A stretch of 64,000 bases of DNA from Candidatus Cloacimonadales bacterium. Lineage in GTDB: Bacteria; Cloacimonadota; Cloacimonadia; Cloacimonadales; JAFGVF01. Positions 1 to 10,622 of this stretch are shown in pieces. The stretch spans positions 480,001 to 544,000 of the forward strand of contig OY782781.1 of NCBI GenBank assembly GCA_963678315.1, in the 5' to 3' direction. A program made the position numbers and the translations under genes. Within the stretch, counting starts at the first letter, position 1. The number at the start of each line of letters is the position of its first letter. The notes beneath the pieces are model-generated. The model saw nothing but the letters and a program-made list of their open reading frames with translations, was not told where the DNA came from and made no database searches.

Positions 1-1387
<1,387 letters not shown>

Positions 1388-1398
1388 GACATACTCCG

Positions 1399-2901
1399 TT
1401 AACTTCTAAACTTAGCAGCTACCTTTTCACAAATATCTGCCATCTTAGATAACTTATCATCAGATAATTTACCTTCTGTTAGAGTTGCTGAAAATTCTTT
1501 ATATTCAGTATCGAGTGTTATATATAATTCTTTTTCTATTTCGGAAATCTGATTTACTTCGAATTCATCTAAGAAACCTTCATTAGCCATGTAGATAATC
1601 ATGATTTGCTTTTCTACTGATAGTGGAGCATACTGGCCTTGCTTAAGAATTTCAACAATTGATTGTCCTCTTCTTAACTGTGCTAAAGTAGCTTTATCAA
1701 GGTCAGAACCAAACTTAGCAAATGACTCAAGTTCTGTGTATTGAGCAAGAGCAAAACGCAATTGACCAACCACTTGTTTCATAGCTTTAATTTGAGCTGA
1801 ACCACCCACACGTGATACAGATAGACCAGCGTTAATAGCAGGACGTCTTCCAGAATAGAAAAGCCTTGAGCTAAGGTAAATCTGTCCATCAGTAATAGAA
1901 ATCACGTTAGTAGGAATGTAAGCAGAAATATCTTCGGCTTTAGTCTCGATGATAGGAAGAGCAGTTAAAGAACCACCACCTAAATCATCAGACAACTTAG
2001 ATGCTCTTTCGAGAAGTCTTGAGTGAAGATAGAAAACATCACCAGGGTAAGCTTCACGTCCTGGAGGTCTTCTAAGAAGAAGTGAAATCTCACGATAAGC
2101 TACCGCATGCTTAGATAAATCATCATAAATGATTAAGGCATGTTTACCATTATCACGGAAGTATTCACCAATAGAACAACCAGCATAAGGTGCCATATAT
2201 TGCATAGCAGGAGGTTCTGTAGCAGATGCCATAACTATAGTTGTATAGCTCATAGCACCGTATTCTTCTAATGTACGAACGAATTTAGCAACAGTTGATT
2301 CTTTTTGTCCAACTGCCACATAAACACAGTATACATCTTTACCTTTTTGGTTAATAATTGTATCTAAAGCAATAGCTGTTTTACCAGTTTGACGGTCACC
2401 AATGATAAGTTCACGTTGACCTCTACCGATAGGAACCATAGAGTCAATAGCTTTGATACCAGTTTGGAGAGGTTCAACAACTGGTTGTCTTTGAATAACA
2501 CCAAGAGCTTTCCTTTCCATTTCATAAAATTCTGTTTGTTTAATTTCACCTTTACCATCAAGAGGTTGACCGAGTGTGTTCACAACTCTACCAAGGAGAG
2601 CTTCCCCAACAGGAACCTCCAAGATACGTTTAGTTCTTTTAACGATATCACCTTCTTTAACTTTAGTGGTATCACCGAAGAGCACACAACCAACAGAATC
2701 TTCTTCGAGGTTTAGAGCCATACCAAAAACATCACCAGGAAATAGGAGCATCTCACTAGCCATTACGTTTTTGAGACCATAAACACGAGCGATTCCGTCA
2801 CCAACCTGCATAACTTTACCAGTTTCTGCAATCTCTTGGTCAAGGGCAAACTTTTTTATTCTATCTCTTATTATTGAACTAATTTCTTCAGGTCTTATCA
2901 T
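1399..2901 (-). CDS. atpA: ATP synthase alpha subunit
   Basis: GDRQTGKT and [24 protein letters not shown] motifs. Confidence 0.99.
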   Translation of the reverse strand: MIRPEEISSIIRDRIKKFALDQEIAETGKVMQVGDGIARVYGLKNVMASEMLLFPGDVFGMALNLEEDSVGCVLFGDTTKVKEGDIVKRTKRILEVPVGEALLGRVVNTLGQPLDGKGEIKQTEFYEMERKALGVIQRQPVVEPLQTGIKAIDSMVPIGRGQRELIIGDRQTGKTAIALDTIINQKGKDVYCVYVAVGQKESTVAKFVRTLEEYGAMSYTTIVMASATEPPAMQYMAPYAGCSIGEYFRDNGKHALIIYDDLSKHAVAYREISLLLRRPPGREAYPGDVFYLHSRLLERASKLSDDLGGGSLTALPIIETKAEDISAYIPTNVISITDGQIYLSSRLFYSGRRPAINAGLSVSRVGGSAQIKAMKQVVGQLRFALAQYTELESFAKFGSDLDKATLAQLRRGQSIVEILKQGQYAPLSVEKQIMIIYMANEGFLDEFEVNQISEIEKELYITLDTEYKEFSATLTEGKLSDDKLSKMADICEKVAAKFRS

Positions 2902-2911
2902 ATTTAATTCC

Positions 2912-3451
2912 TTATAAATTCATTACGCTTAGTCTAAACTTTTCTAAGCTATACTTTACTGAAGAATCTACAATGAAGTTATCAGATTCAGCAATAAAAC
3001 CACCTATAACAGAAGGGTCTATCTCAAAATTAGCTTCAATAGTTGCTTTAACATTATCAGTTAAGTACTTAACCATTTTAGCTTTTAGTTGTTCTGATGC
3101 TTCATGGGCAGTTTTTATTGTAACTTTTACTATATTTAACTCTTCTAATATGTACAGTTCTAAGAAATTGATAATCTCAGCAAAGAGATTCAATCTAGTC
3201 TTTTCATGCAGTAACATTATTAGATTTTGCCAATAAATCTTATATTCGCTATTAGTTGTAAAAGGCTCAATTATTTCTAGTTTATCCTTTTGTTTAACTA
3301 ACACAGAAGCAAAGATACTGTTAATCTCTGGGTTATCCGATAAGATATTCTGGAGAGTTCTTACTTCTTTAAGAAGGTTAGGTAAGGACTCTTTACCAAT
3401 GGCTTGCATAAAGCCAATAGCGTAATGTTCAGCAGCTTTCTTATCTTTCAT
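2912..3451 (-). CDS. atpH: ATP synthase delta subunit
   Basis: 179 aa with C-terminal IDPSVIGGF...VDSSVK; lies between atpF and atpA. Confidence 0.92.
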   Translation of the reverse strand: MKDKKAAEHYAIGFMQAIGKESLPNLLKEVRTLQNILSDNPEINSIFASVLVKQKDKLEIIEPFTTNSEYKIYWQNLIMLLHEKTRLNLFAEIINFLELYILEELNIVKVTIKTAHEASEQLKAKMVKYLTDNVKATIEANFEIDPSVIGGFIAESDNFIVDSSVKYSLEKFRLSVMNL

Positions 3452-3930
3452 TATTTACTCCGAGAGTCTAATATCCCGTTGATTAACTCTTCATCTTTAG
3501 AAGAATCTAATTTTTCAGCAAGAACTTTTCCAGAAAGGTTAGAAACTAGATTAGCTAATTCAGATTCTAGTTCTTTCTTAACTTTAATTCGTTCATTCAC
3601 AAGCTGTTGTTCAGTTTCTGAAATTATAGATTTTCTGTTATCGTAAGCATCTTGAATAATCTTTTCTGCTTCGAATTCAGCTTCTTTCTTTATTTTATCT
3701 CTTAACTCACGAGCATCGACTACAGATTTTTTATACTCTTCGTCTTTCTTTTGAGCTAAAAGATTTGCTTCTTCTTTTGATTTATTGGCCTCATCGATAT
3801 CAGCAATAACCTTTTCTCTTCTTTGTGTTAGCATATCTTTCAATGGTTTATAAAGAACCTTAGAAAGAATAAACAATAACAATAGGAAGTTGATTATTAC
3901 CACTATAAGTGAGACATCTATACTAATCAT
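3451..3930 (-). CDS. atpF: ATP synthase b subunit
   Basis: N-terminal TM helix (INFLLLLFILSKVLYKP) followed by a charged coiled coil. Confidence 0.95.
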   Translation of the reverse strand: MISIDVSLIVVIINFLLLLFILSKVLYKPLKDMLTQRREKVIADIDEANKSKEEANLLAQKKDEEYKKSVVDARELRDKIKKEAEFEAEKIIQDAYDNRKSIISETEQQLVNERIKVKKELESELANLVSNLSGKVLAEKLDSSKDEELINGILDSRSK

Positions 3931-3952
3931 TATTTCTCCAAATCTTTGAGAA

Positions 3953-4219
<267 letters not shown>

Positions 4220-4253
4220 TTATTTTATCTTTTTTATTTTTGTATTCTCATTT

Positions 4254-5006
4254 TTAAGAGAAGAATATTAATAGAAATGCTATAACTAAAGCATAGATAG
4301 CTGTTGATTCAGAAACAGCTGCTCCCAAGAACATTGTTCTACTTATAGAACCTCTTTCTCGTGGGAATCTTCCTAACATATTAGAAGCTCTACCTGTTAC
4401 ATAACCAATGCCAATACCAGGTCCTAAAGTACCTAGTCCGATTGCTAGAGATGAGCCAAGAAGAGCACACATCTTAACAACGTATTGTCCAGCAGTAGTT
4501 GTTGCTACAGGGTTTGGTACACTATAAAGTAATAGTAGTGATACCACTAATGCAAAGATAGCATCAGTTTGAGCTAAAGCTTGTCCGATCAACATATTTG
4601 TTGTAATTCTATTTGATTCTTTTGGTAATCTAGAAACAACAGAACAGGCTTGTCCACCAGTGTATCCAGCACCGAATCCTGGCCCTATTGACCCCAATCC
4701 GATTGCTAGTCCAGAAGCTAATAACGCACCAACTTTAAACCAGCTACCAGCTACGTGACCTGCTCCCCCAAATATAAGTAGAAGAGAGATAACTAATCCG
4801 AAGATAGCTCCAGTTTCAGTAACAGCTTGAGAGATAAGCATAGTTCTCAATAAGCTATCACCAGCTTTTGGTTGTTTCATAAGTGCTTTTGCTGCTTCTC
4901 CAGCAGAGTATCCTTCGCCAATTCCTGCGCTGATAGAGGCTAAACCCGTACTTAATGCAGCACCTAAGTAGGCACTAACTAATAAAAAATTGTCTGCTTG
5001 CATCAT
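4254..5006 (-). CDS. atpE: Triplicated (three-hairpin, six-TM) ATP synthase c-like subunit
   Basis: Three c-subunit repeats: AGIGEG...QAVTETGAIF, GPGFGAG...QALAQTDAIF and GPGIGIG...AAVSESTAIY. Confidence 0.92.
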   Translation of the reverse strand: MMQADNFLLVSAYLGAALSTGLASISAGIGEGYSAGEAAKALMKQPKAGDSLLRTMLISQAVTETGAIFGLVISLLLIFGGAGHVAGSWFKVGALLASGLAIGLGSIGPGFGAGYTGGQACSVVSRLPKESNRITTNMLIGQALAQTDAIFALVVSLLLLYSVPNPVATTTAGQYVVKMCALLGSSLAIGLGTLGPGIGIGYVTGRASNMLGRFPRERGSISRTMFLGAAVSESTAIYALVIAFLLIFFS

Positions 5007-5017
5007 ATTAATAACTC

Positions 5018-6028
5018 CTACTCTTCTGCATTAATTTCAACGGCAAGATAACTCATAGCTAACATAGTAAACACGAATGCTTGAACTGAGCCAGCAAAGA
5101 GTCCGAAGAAACCTGATAAAACAATAGGTACCATGATATATTTCACAAGTTCAGATACAACTAAGATAATAATTGCACCACCCATGATATTACCAAATAG
5201 ACGGAAGGCGATAGATACAACTTTAGAGAGTTCTCCAATAATATTTAGAGGAGCTAAGAAGAACATTGGTTCTGCAAAGCTCTTAAGGTGTGTCCATAGA
5301 CCTTTCTTTTTGATAGCGTTGTATTGAACAACAATAATTGCTATGATACCGAGCCCGATTGTGACGTTTAAATTTCTAGTAGGTTCACTGATTCCTGGAA
5401 TTGGTATGATGCCTATCAGATTACTTATCCAGATAAACAAGAAGAGGGTAAGGAGGTAAGGGGTAAAATGAATATTATGCTTACCAAGTGATTCGCCCAC
5501 CAATCCTTCGAAAGAATCGTAAATCATTTCAGCTACAATTTGAAGCTTTCCAGGTTTAAATTTGATTGCTGCTCGCACTGAGAATGCAAAAATAATTAAG
5601 AGAAGGTCTACAATCAGCATCATACGAATCATTCTGATGGCTGATATTGTTTTTCCATCGCCTAAGAAATTATGGAAGAAGAGGTAAACTGGAACATTCC
5701 CCCAAGGAAGGTGTTCTTTAATTTCCTCTAAATCTTCGACTGCATTATCTGCTTTAGCTTTACTAATAATATTAGCAATAGTTAAAGAATCGCAATCAAC
5801 TTTGTACTTGGCTATTACTTCAGATTGTAAAAGAAACTGATCTGGTTGTGTTTCTTCATTGATTTTGTCTTGCATACTCACTTCTTTCTTAGTTGTAAAC
5901 AGACCGAATTCTCCAGTTTCTGGATTCTTTCCGATATGAATACTATAACTAAGATAGAATGATAGCACAAGCTCAATTAAGAATACAACTCCAACGACAG
6001 TTAAAATAATGTTTTTCTTTTTTGCCAT
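5018..6028 (-). CDS. atpB: ATP synthase a subunit with N-terminal extension
   Basis: SIAFRLFGNI (essential Arg) and VQAFVFTML motifs; 336 aa. Confidence 0.95.
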   Translation of the reverse strand: MAKKKNIILTVVGVVFLIELVLSFYLSYSIHIGKNPETGEFGLFTTKKEVSMQDKINEETQPDQFLLQSEVIAKYKVDCDSLTIANIISKAKADNAVEDLEEIKEHLPWGNVPVYLFFHNFLGDGKTISAIRMIRMMLIVDLLLIIFAFSVRAAIKFKPGKLQIVAEMIYDSFEGLVGESLGKHNIHFTPYLLTLFLFIWISNLIGIIPIPGISEPTRNLNVTIGLGIIAIIVVQYNAIKKKGLWTHLKSFAEPMFFLAPLNIIGELSKVVSIAFRLFGNIMGGAIIILVVSELVKYIMVPIVLSGFFGLFAGSVQAFVFTMLAMSYLAVEINAEE

Positions 6029-6032
6029 AGTA

Positions 6033-6419
6033 CTACTCGATTCTTAGATATTTTTTTACTATGCCCCATGCCAAATCTATATAGATAGCAATTTGGGCAG
6101 ATAATAATCCTAAACCAAACCAAATAATATTGAGCCTACCTCTGAACAGGTATGCAATAATTATAGCATATAAAACTATTGCAGCATGTCTTAAGTAGAA
6201 TCCTTTTATTGCTCTGGTCTTTGTTACACTTTCACTCATAGTCAAGGCACCACTTAACATAAAAGCGTGCCATACAAAACCAATCACACCAGCAATTGAT
6301 CCTAGTACATAACTTATTCCTACCCACTCCCTATTAGGAGTAAATATCGAAATAATTAAGGGAATATTAGTTAACAGAATAATCTTAACTATTCTTAACA
6401 CATATTTATTGCTTTTCAT
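6033..6419 (-). CDS. atpI: ATP synthase protein I (four-TM accessory protein)
   Basis: Hydrophobic 128 aa directly upstream of atpB, with 'GFYLR' and 'GLLS' patterns. Confidence 0.75.
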   Translation of the reverse strand: MKSNKYVLRIVKIILLTNIPLIISIFTPNREWVGISYVLGSIAGVIGFVWHAFMLSGALTMSESVTKTRAIKGFYLRHAAIVLYAIIIAYLFRGRLNIIWFGLGLLSAQIAIYIDLAWGIVKKYLRIE

Positions 6420-6639
6420 AATATTTCCTTAATAATCTGTAATTTAGGTAGATACCTGAAATCAGTCCTAGTCCTATACTAATTATCATGAATATGTTTT
6501 CAGTTTCAAAAGATCTATCTAGCCACCTACCGATCAATAAGAATATTACAATATTCCCAATCATTGTAAGGCCTAATTGAGTAATTAAACTCAAGGCTTT
6601 AACTATCTCAGGGTCGATGTTTTTGTTTTTTTCGAACAT
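6406..6639 (-). CDS. AtpZ/AtpI-family (ATPase gene 1) small membrane protein
   Basis: Two TM helices with QLGLTM...IGRWLDR; first gene of the atp operon. Confidence 0.8.
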   Translation of the reverse strand: MFEKNKNIDPEIVKALSLITQLGLTMIGNIVIFLLIGRWLDRSFETENIFMIISIGLGLISGIYLNYRLLRKYYEKQ

Positions 6640-6663
6640 TACCGTATTTTAGTCAAGTTATTT

Positions 6664-7503
6664 TTATCGATTATGCATTAATGCTTGAATAATTCTATCT
6701 AATTCAGCATTATCACCATATTGAAATACAATTTTTCCTTTACCATTTTTGTCTTCAACTTTCACTTTAAAATCAAAAACATCTGATAATTTTTCTTCAA
6801 TATCTTTTCTTCTAGAAGGTCTTGTTGTTGCTTTTTTAGATTTTCCCCAATCCTTAGCTAGCTCTTCTGCTTTTCTTACTGATAGCTTTTCTGCTACTAT
6901 CTTTTCAGCGAACTTAACTTGTTGGTCTAAAGGAACCTGCAAGACTGCACGGCAGTGCCCTTGAGTGATTTCTTTATTAAGAATCATTTGTTGCACTTCT
7001 TGCTCAAGTTTCAGCATACGAAGGGTATTAGTGATAGTTGATCTATCTTTACCCATCATTTCAGCGACTTGTGTCTGAGACATTCCGAATTCTTCAATCA
7101 ATTGATAGTAAGCCTTTGCTTCTTCCAGGGCATTTAAATCTTCACGTTGAACATTCTCAATAATAGCAAAAAGAAGTTTTTCTTTAGGAGAAATAGATCT
7201 AATAATCACAGGAACTTCATTATATCCAGCGATTTTAGATGCTTCTAATCTACGTTCACCTGCTACCAATTCATAGATTTCTTCATCAGGGTTTTTAGTC
7301 ACAATAATGGGCTGAATAATTCCATTTTCTTTAATCGAATCGGCTAATTCTTGCAACTTTTCTTGGTCAAACACCTTTCTTGGCTGATACTTATTAGGCT
7401 TGATATACTCAATTTTAAGAGTAGTTATACCTGTTTCATTGTTCACTGATTCAGGCAATTTAGATATTAATGAATCTAATCCTCTTCCTAGTTCAAAACT
7501 CAT
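6664..7503 (-). CDS. parB: Chromosome partitioning protein ParB/Spo0J
   Basis: LGRGL, QPRK and VAGERRL motifs; ENVQREDLN; HTH region. Confidence 0.97.
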   Translation of the reverse strand: MSFELGRGLDSLISKLPESVNNETGITTLKIEYIKPNKYQPRKVFDQEKLQELADSIKENGIIQPIIVTKNPDEEIYELVAGERRLEASKIAGYNEVPVIIRSISPKEKLLFAIIENVQREDLNALEEAKAYYQLIEEFGMSQTQVAEMMGKDRSTITNTLRMLKLEQEVQQMILNKEITQGHCRAVLQVPLDQQVKFAEKIVAEKLSVRKAEELAKDWGKSKKATTRPSRRKDIEEKLSDVFDFKVKVEDKNGKGKIVFQYGDNAELDRIIQALMHNR

Positions 7504-8258
7504 TTACTTACCACCTCAGAAGCTAGTTCTAAATAATTTTGAGACCCTTTTGATTTTATATCATATTGAAATATTGATTTACCATAACTAGGAGCTTCAC
7601 TAAGTTTCACGTTCCTAGAAACAACTGTTTCGAAAACTTGTTCTTTAAAATATCTTCTAACTTCTGCAGATACTTGATTAGATAAATTCAATCTTTGATC
7701 AAACATTGTTAAAAGAATTCCAAAAATATTCAAACTTGGATTTAAGTTCTGTTGAATCAGCCTGATAGTATTTAGAAGCTGGCTTACCCCTTCCAAAGCA
7801 AAATATTCACATTGAATTGGAATAATTATGTCAGTACTAGCAGTCAAAGCATTAACAGAAAGAAGCCCTAAAGAAGGAGGACAATCAATAATGATATATT
7901 CATAAGAATCTTTTACAGGATTCAAAGCCTCTTTCAATTTCTGTTCTCTAGCGAATTCTTTCACTAATTCAATTTCCGCACCTGTTAAATTTATATTTGA
8001 TGGAAGAATATCTAAATTATCAATAGAACTTTTTACAATAGTTTCTGACGCTCTAGTCTTCCCGATAATTACTTCATAAATGCTCTTTTCTAACTGGTCT
8101 TTTTGAATGCCTAAACCAGAACTAGCATTACCCTGTGGGTCAAAATCTATTAGCAAGGTCTTTTTTTCTAAAACCGCTAAGCCAGCAGCTAAATTAACTG
8201 CTGTTGTTGTTTTGCCTACTCCACCTTTTTGATTTACAATTGATATTATTTTAGTCAT
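7500..8258 (-). CDS. parA: Chromosome partitioning ATPase ParA/Soj
   Basis: NQKGGVGKTTT, DPQGN and IDCPPSLG motifs. Confidence 0.97.
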   Translation of the reverse strand: MTKIISIVNQKGGVGKTTTAVNLAAGLAVLEKKTLLIDFDPQGNASSGLGIQKDQLEKSIYEVIIGKTRASETIVKSSIDNLDILPSNINLTGAEIELVKEFAREQKLKEALNPVKDSYEYIIIDCPPSLGLLSVNALTASTDIIIPIQCEYFALEGVSQLLNTIRLIQQNLNPSLNIFGILLTMFDQRLNLSNQVSAEVRRYFKEQVFETVVSRNVKLSEAPSYGKSIFQYDIKSKGSQNYLELASEVVSK

Positions 8259-8865
8259 GTTTTACTTCTATCACCTTACGTGTTCCTAAATTTTCATTAC
8301 TATAATCGGTGATTTTATAGTTTTTAAACTGGGTAACATCATCTAAAACTTTTGATTTATACAGCAACATTGTTCCTTTTTTGTCCAAAAGTTGCATTAA
8401 AGGAGCCTTTAATTCTGGGATAATCTTTACAGATCTACAGATAATATAATCATATAGATTTATAGTTCTATAGTCTTCAAGTCTTGACCATATAGTATCT
8501 ACATTATCAAGTTCAAGAATCTCAATCATCTCATTTAATACCAGAATCTTTTTTCTCTTAGAATCAAGAAGATTTACATGTACTTGAGGATATAAAATAG
8601 CAATCGGAATTCCAGGAAGTCCTCCCCCTGTACCGAAATCAAGTATTCTAGCATCATTTTTCTTTATGTGACTGTATGGAAGACAAGAATCTAGAAAATG
8701 AGTTATCCAAATATCTTCATGAGGCATCTTTCTAGAAAAGAGATTTATCTTTGAATTTGCATCAATAAGAATATCATAATAAAGTTGAAATCTTGCTTTT
8801 AACTCTTCTTTCCTATCTGGGAAATTATCATCTATGAACTTAAAAAATATTTCTTGTTTTGTCAT
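8251..8865 (-). CDS. rsmG: 16S rRNA m7G527 methyltransferase RsmG/GidB
   Basis: HFLDS and LDFGTGGGLPGIP motifs; classic position upstream of parA. Confidence 0.93.
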   Translation of the reverse strand: MTKQEIFFKFIDDNFPDRKEELKARFQLYYDILIDANSKINLFSRKMPHEDIWITHFLDSCLPYSHIKKNDARILDFGTGGGLPGIPIAILYPQVHVNLLDSKRKKILVLNEMIEILELDNVDTIWSRLEDYRTINLYDYIICRSVKIIPELKAPLMQLLDKKGTMLLYKSKVLDDVTQFKNYKITDYSNENLGTRKVIEVKHD

Positions 8866-8867
8866 AT

Positions 8868-9215
8868 CTATTTATCTTGCTTCTTTTTATTGAATAATTT
8901 GTTTAATATTAATATAAGCGCTAGGAATACGAGCATAAACAAGAATATTCCAAACATTCCTTTTCCCATAATACCAAAAGCATCCATGATTGTCTCAGAA
9001 CGAGAAGAACTTTCTTCAGTAGTATCTTTTGCAGATTCTGCTAGCTCAACTATTGCATTCTCTTTAGTATCTACTAAAAGCAGAGAATCTTTTGCTGAAT
9101 CAACAGAAACGTCCTCATTCTTTTCCATGTTTTTATTAGTATTAGTTTTTACTTCTGTTTTTATTTCTTGTTCAACTTTATTACTTTCTGAATTTATCTC
9201 TAACACTGGATCCAT
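8868..9215 (-). CDS. Small membrane protein with acidic N-terminal region and OadG-related C-terminal helix
   Basis: C-terminus IMGKGMFGIFLFMLVFLALILILNKLF resembles the OadG/Na+-decarboxylase gamma-subunit TM helix; GAGG RBS upstream. Confidence 0.5.
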   Translation of the reverse strand: MDPVLEINSESNKVEQEIKTEVKTNTNKNMEKNEDVSVDSAKDSLLLVDTKENAIVELAESAKDTTEESSSRSETIMDAFGIMGKGMFGIFLFMLVFLALILILNKLFNKKKQDK

Positions 9216-9226
9216 TTATTATCCTC

Positions 9227-9691
9227 TTAATAATGATATTTTTTACCATTTATGATAGTGAATGCTCTGTAAATCTGCTCTACCAAAAGCATTCTTATCA
9301 TTCTGTGTGTAAAGGTCATTTTAGAAAAACTGAGCAGTAAATTTGCTCTTTTTCTCAGCTGATCTGATAGACCATACACACCACCGATTATAAAGTCAAT
9401 ATTTATCTTTCCCATAGAGTTGTCAATAAATCCCGCAAATTCTTCAGAAGTCATTTGCTTTCCATATTGATCAAGAGCAATTAGATAATTACTTTGCTTA
9501 AGATACTTGTCGATTATCTGCGCTTCTTTCTCCTTAACAATATCAATATTGTTTGAACTCGATAGCTTGACATCTGCTGTTTCAATTATCTCAAACTTGC
9601 AAAAGGGACCCAATCTCTTGGTGTATTCAGCTATTCCATTTGCTATAAATTTCTGTTTAGTTTTACCTGGACATATCACTCTTATATTCAT
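9227..9691 (-). CDS. rlmH: 23S rRNA pseudouridine1915-N3 methyltransferase RlmH
   Basis: FIIGGVYG, LSFSKMTFTH and EQIYRAFTI...YH motifs. Confidence 0.96.
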   Translation of the reverse strand: MNIRVICPGKTKQKFIANGIAEYTKRLGPFCKFEIIETADVKLSSSNNIDIVKEKEAQIIDKYLKQSNYLIALDQYGKQMTSEEFAGFIDNSMGKINIDFIIGGVYGLSDQLRKRANLLLSFSKMTFTHRMIRMLLVEQIYRAFTIINGKKYHY

Positions 9692-9780
9692 TTATTCCTC
9701 TTTTTATAAGTTTAGCAGCTCTTACAAACTTGTCAAATTAAATATTATAAGCATACTTATTTGTCTATTTGTGGTGATGT

Positions 9781-10500
9781 AATCATCCCTCGAGTCGAAA
9801 GCTATCCAGCATTCTCAATTCTGAACCGAAGAAAAAATCTATGTCGTCCCTTCAGGACTCAATTCATTGATGTCCTTGTACATGGGGTACAAGACTCAGT
9901 CAAAGCCTGACACGGCCCTGGCTTAATACATGACGTCCCTTCGGGACTAAACACCAAATACGAAATCAGCCACGAATAACACCAATCTTCACAAATCAAA
10001 CTCCGAACATCTAAACAAATAAACGCTTAAACATCTAAACATTTTTTAGCTGTATAATCAGTGTTTTCTGTGTTCAATTATTTATTATTGATCATTCATT
10101 TATCACATCCCCCACGATTGAAATCATGGGCTTTGAAGCGATATGTCCTTTCAGGACAAAGCTACATCTTTGCGTAAGCATGAACCTTGTTCAACCTATC
10201 GGTGGATGCTTACACTCCATCTATGTCCAGTCCTAAATAATTTGACTGTTTTCGTGTTATTCGTGCTTTTCGTGGTAAACTTCTCTGTTTGCAGATAAAG
10301 CTTAGCCTTTATGTCGCCCTTTCAGGGCTTTTTTTATTTTTTAACTATTACATGGAGGGCAAGCCTCCATGCTTAGTATATGCCACCCCTTCGGGGTTTT
10401 TATGGATCTAACATCTAACTCCTCCCTTCTGCCTTAAGGGTCTCCTTGAAAAATTGGCTTTTTTTCAAGGTGGCAAGTAAGGGTGACCTAATATGCAGGG
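9781..10500. repeat. Intergenic mosaic of REP/MITE-like palindromic elements
   Basis: Multiple GC-rich hairpins: GTCCCTTCAGGAC, GTCCCTTCGGGAC, CCCACGATTGAAATCATGGG, GCCCTTTCAGGGC, CATGGAGGGCAAGCCTCCATG and CCTTGAAAAA..TTTTTCAAGG. Several recur elsewhere in the window. Confidence 0.85.
10308..10399 (+). repeat. ~92-bp dispersed repeat, copy 1 (copy 2 at 37100-37192)
   Basis: TTTATGTCGCCCTTTCAGGGCT...TTAACTATTACATGGAGGGCAAGCCTCCATGCTTAGTATATGCCACCC is shared nearly identically by both copies. Confidence 0.93.
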
Positions 10501-10622
10501 ATGGAATAAGCAGGAGTAATGCATTACAAGTACATTCTTTTGTATTTCATAGAAAATTGTTTGTATTAAAGTGCAAATTGAGTATAATTTGTTATAAAAG
10601 TAAGAAGAAATATGGAGATATT

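Noticed and set aside
6664..10500. Replication origin or parS near rsmG-parAB
   Set aside because: I saw no DnaA-box cluster and no full parS palindrome. GTTTCACGT near 7604 is only a half match inside parA, and the one TTATCCACA noticed (60339) is inside a CDS.
10446..10622. N-terminal extension of the ORF-track call at 10446
   Set aside because: The TTG start lies inside a palindromic repeat; ATG 10623 has an RBS and begins a signal peptide.
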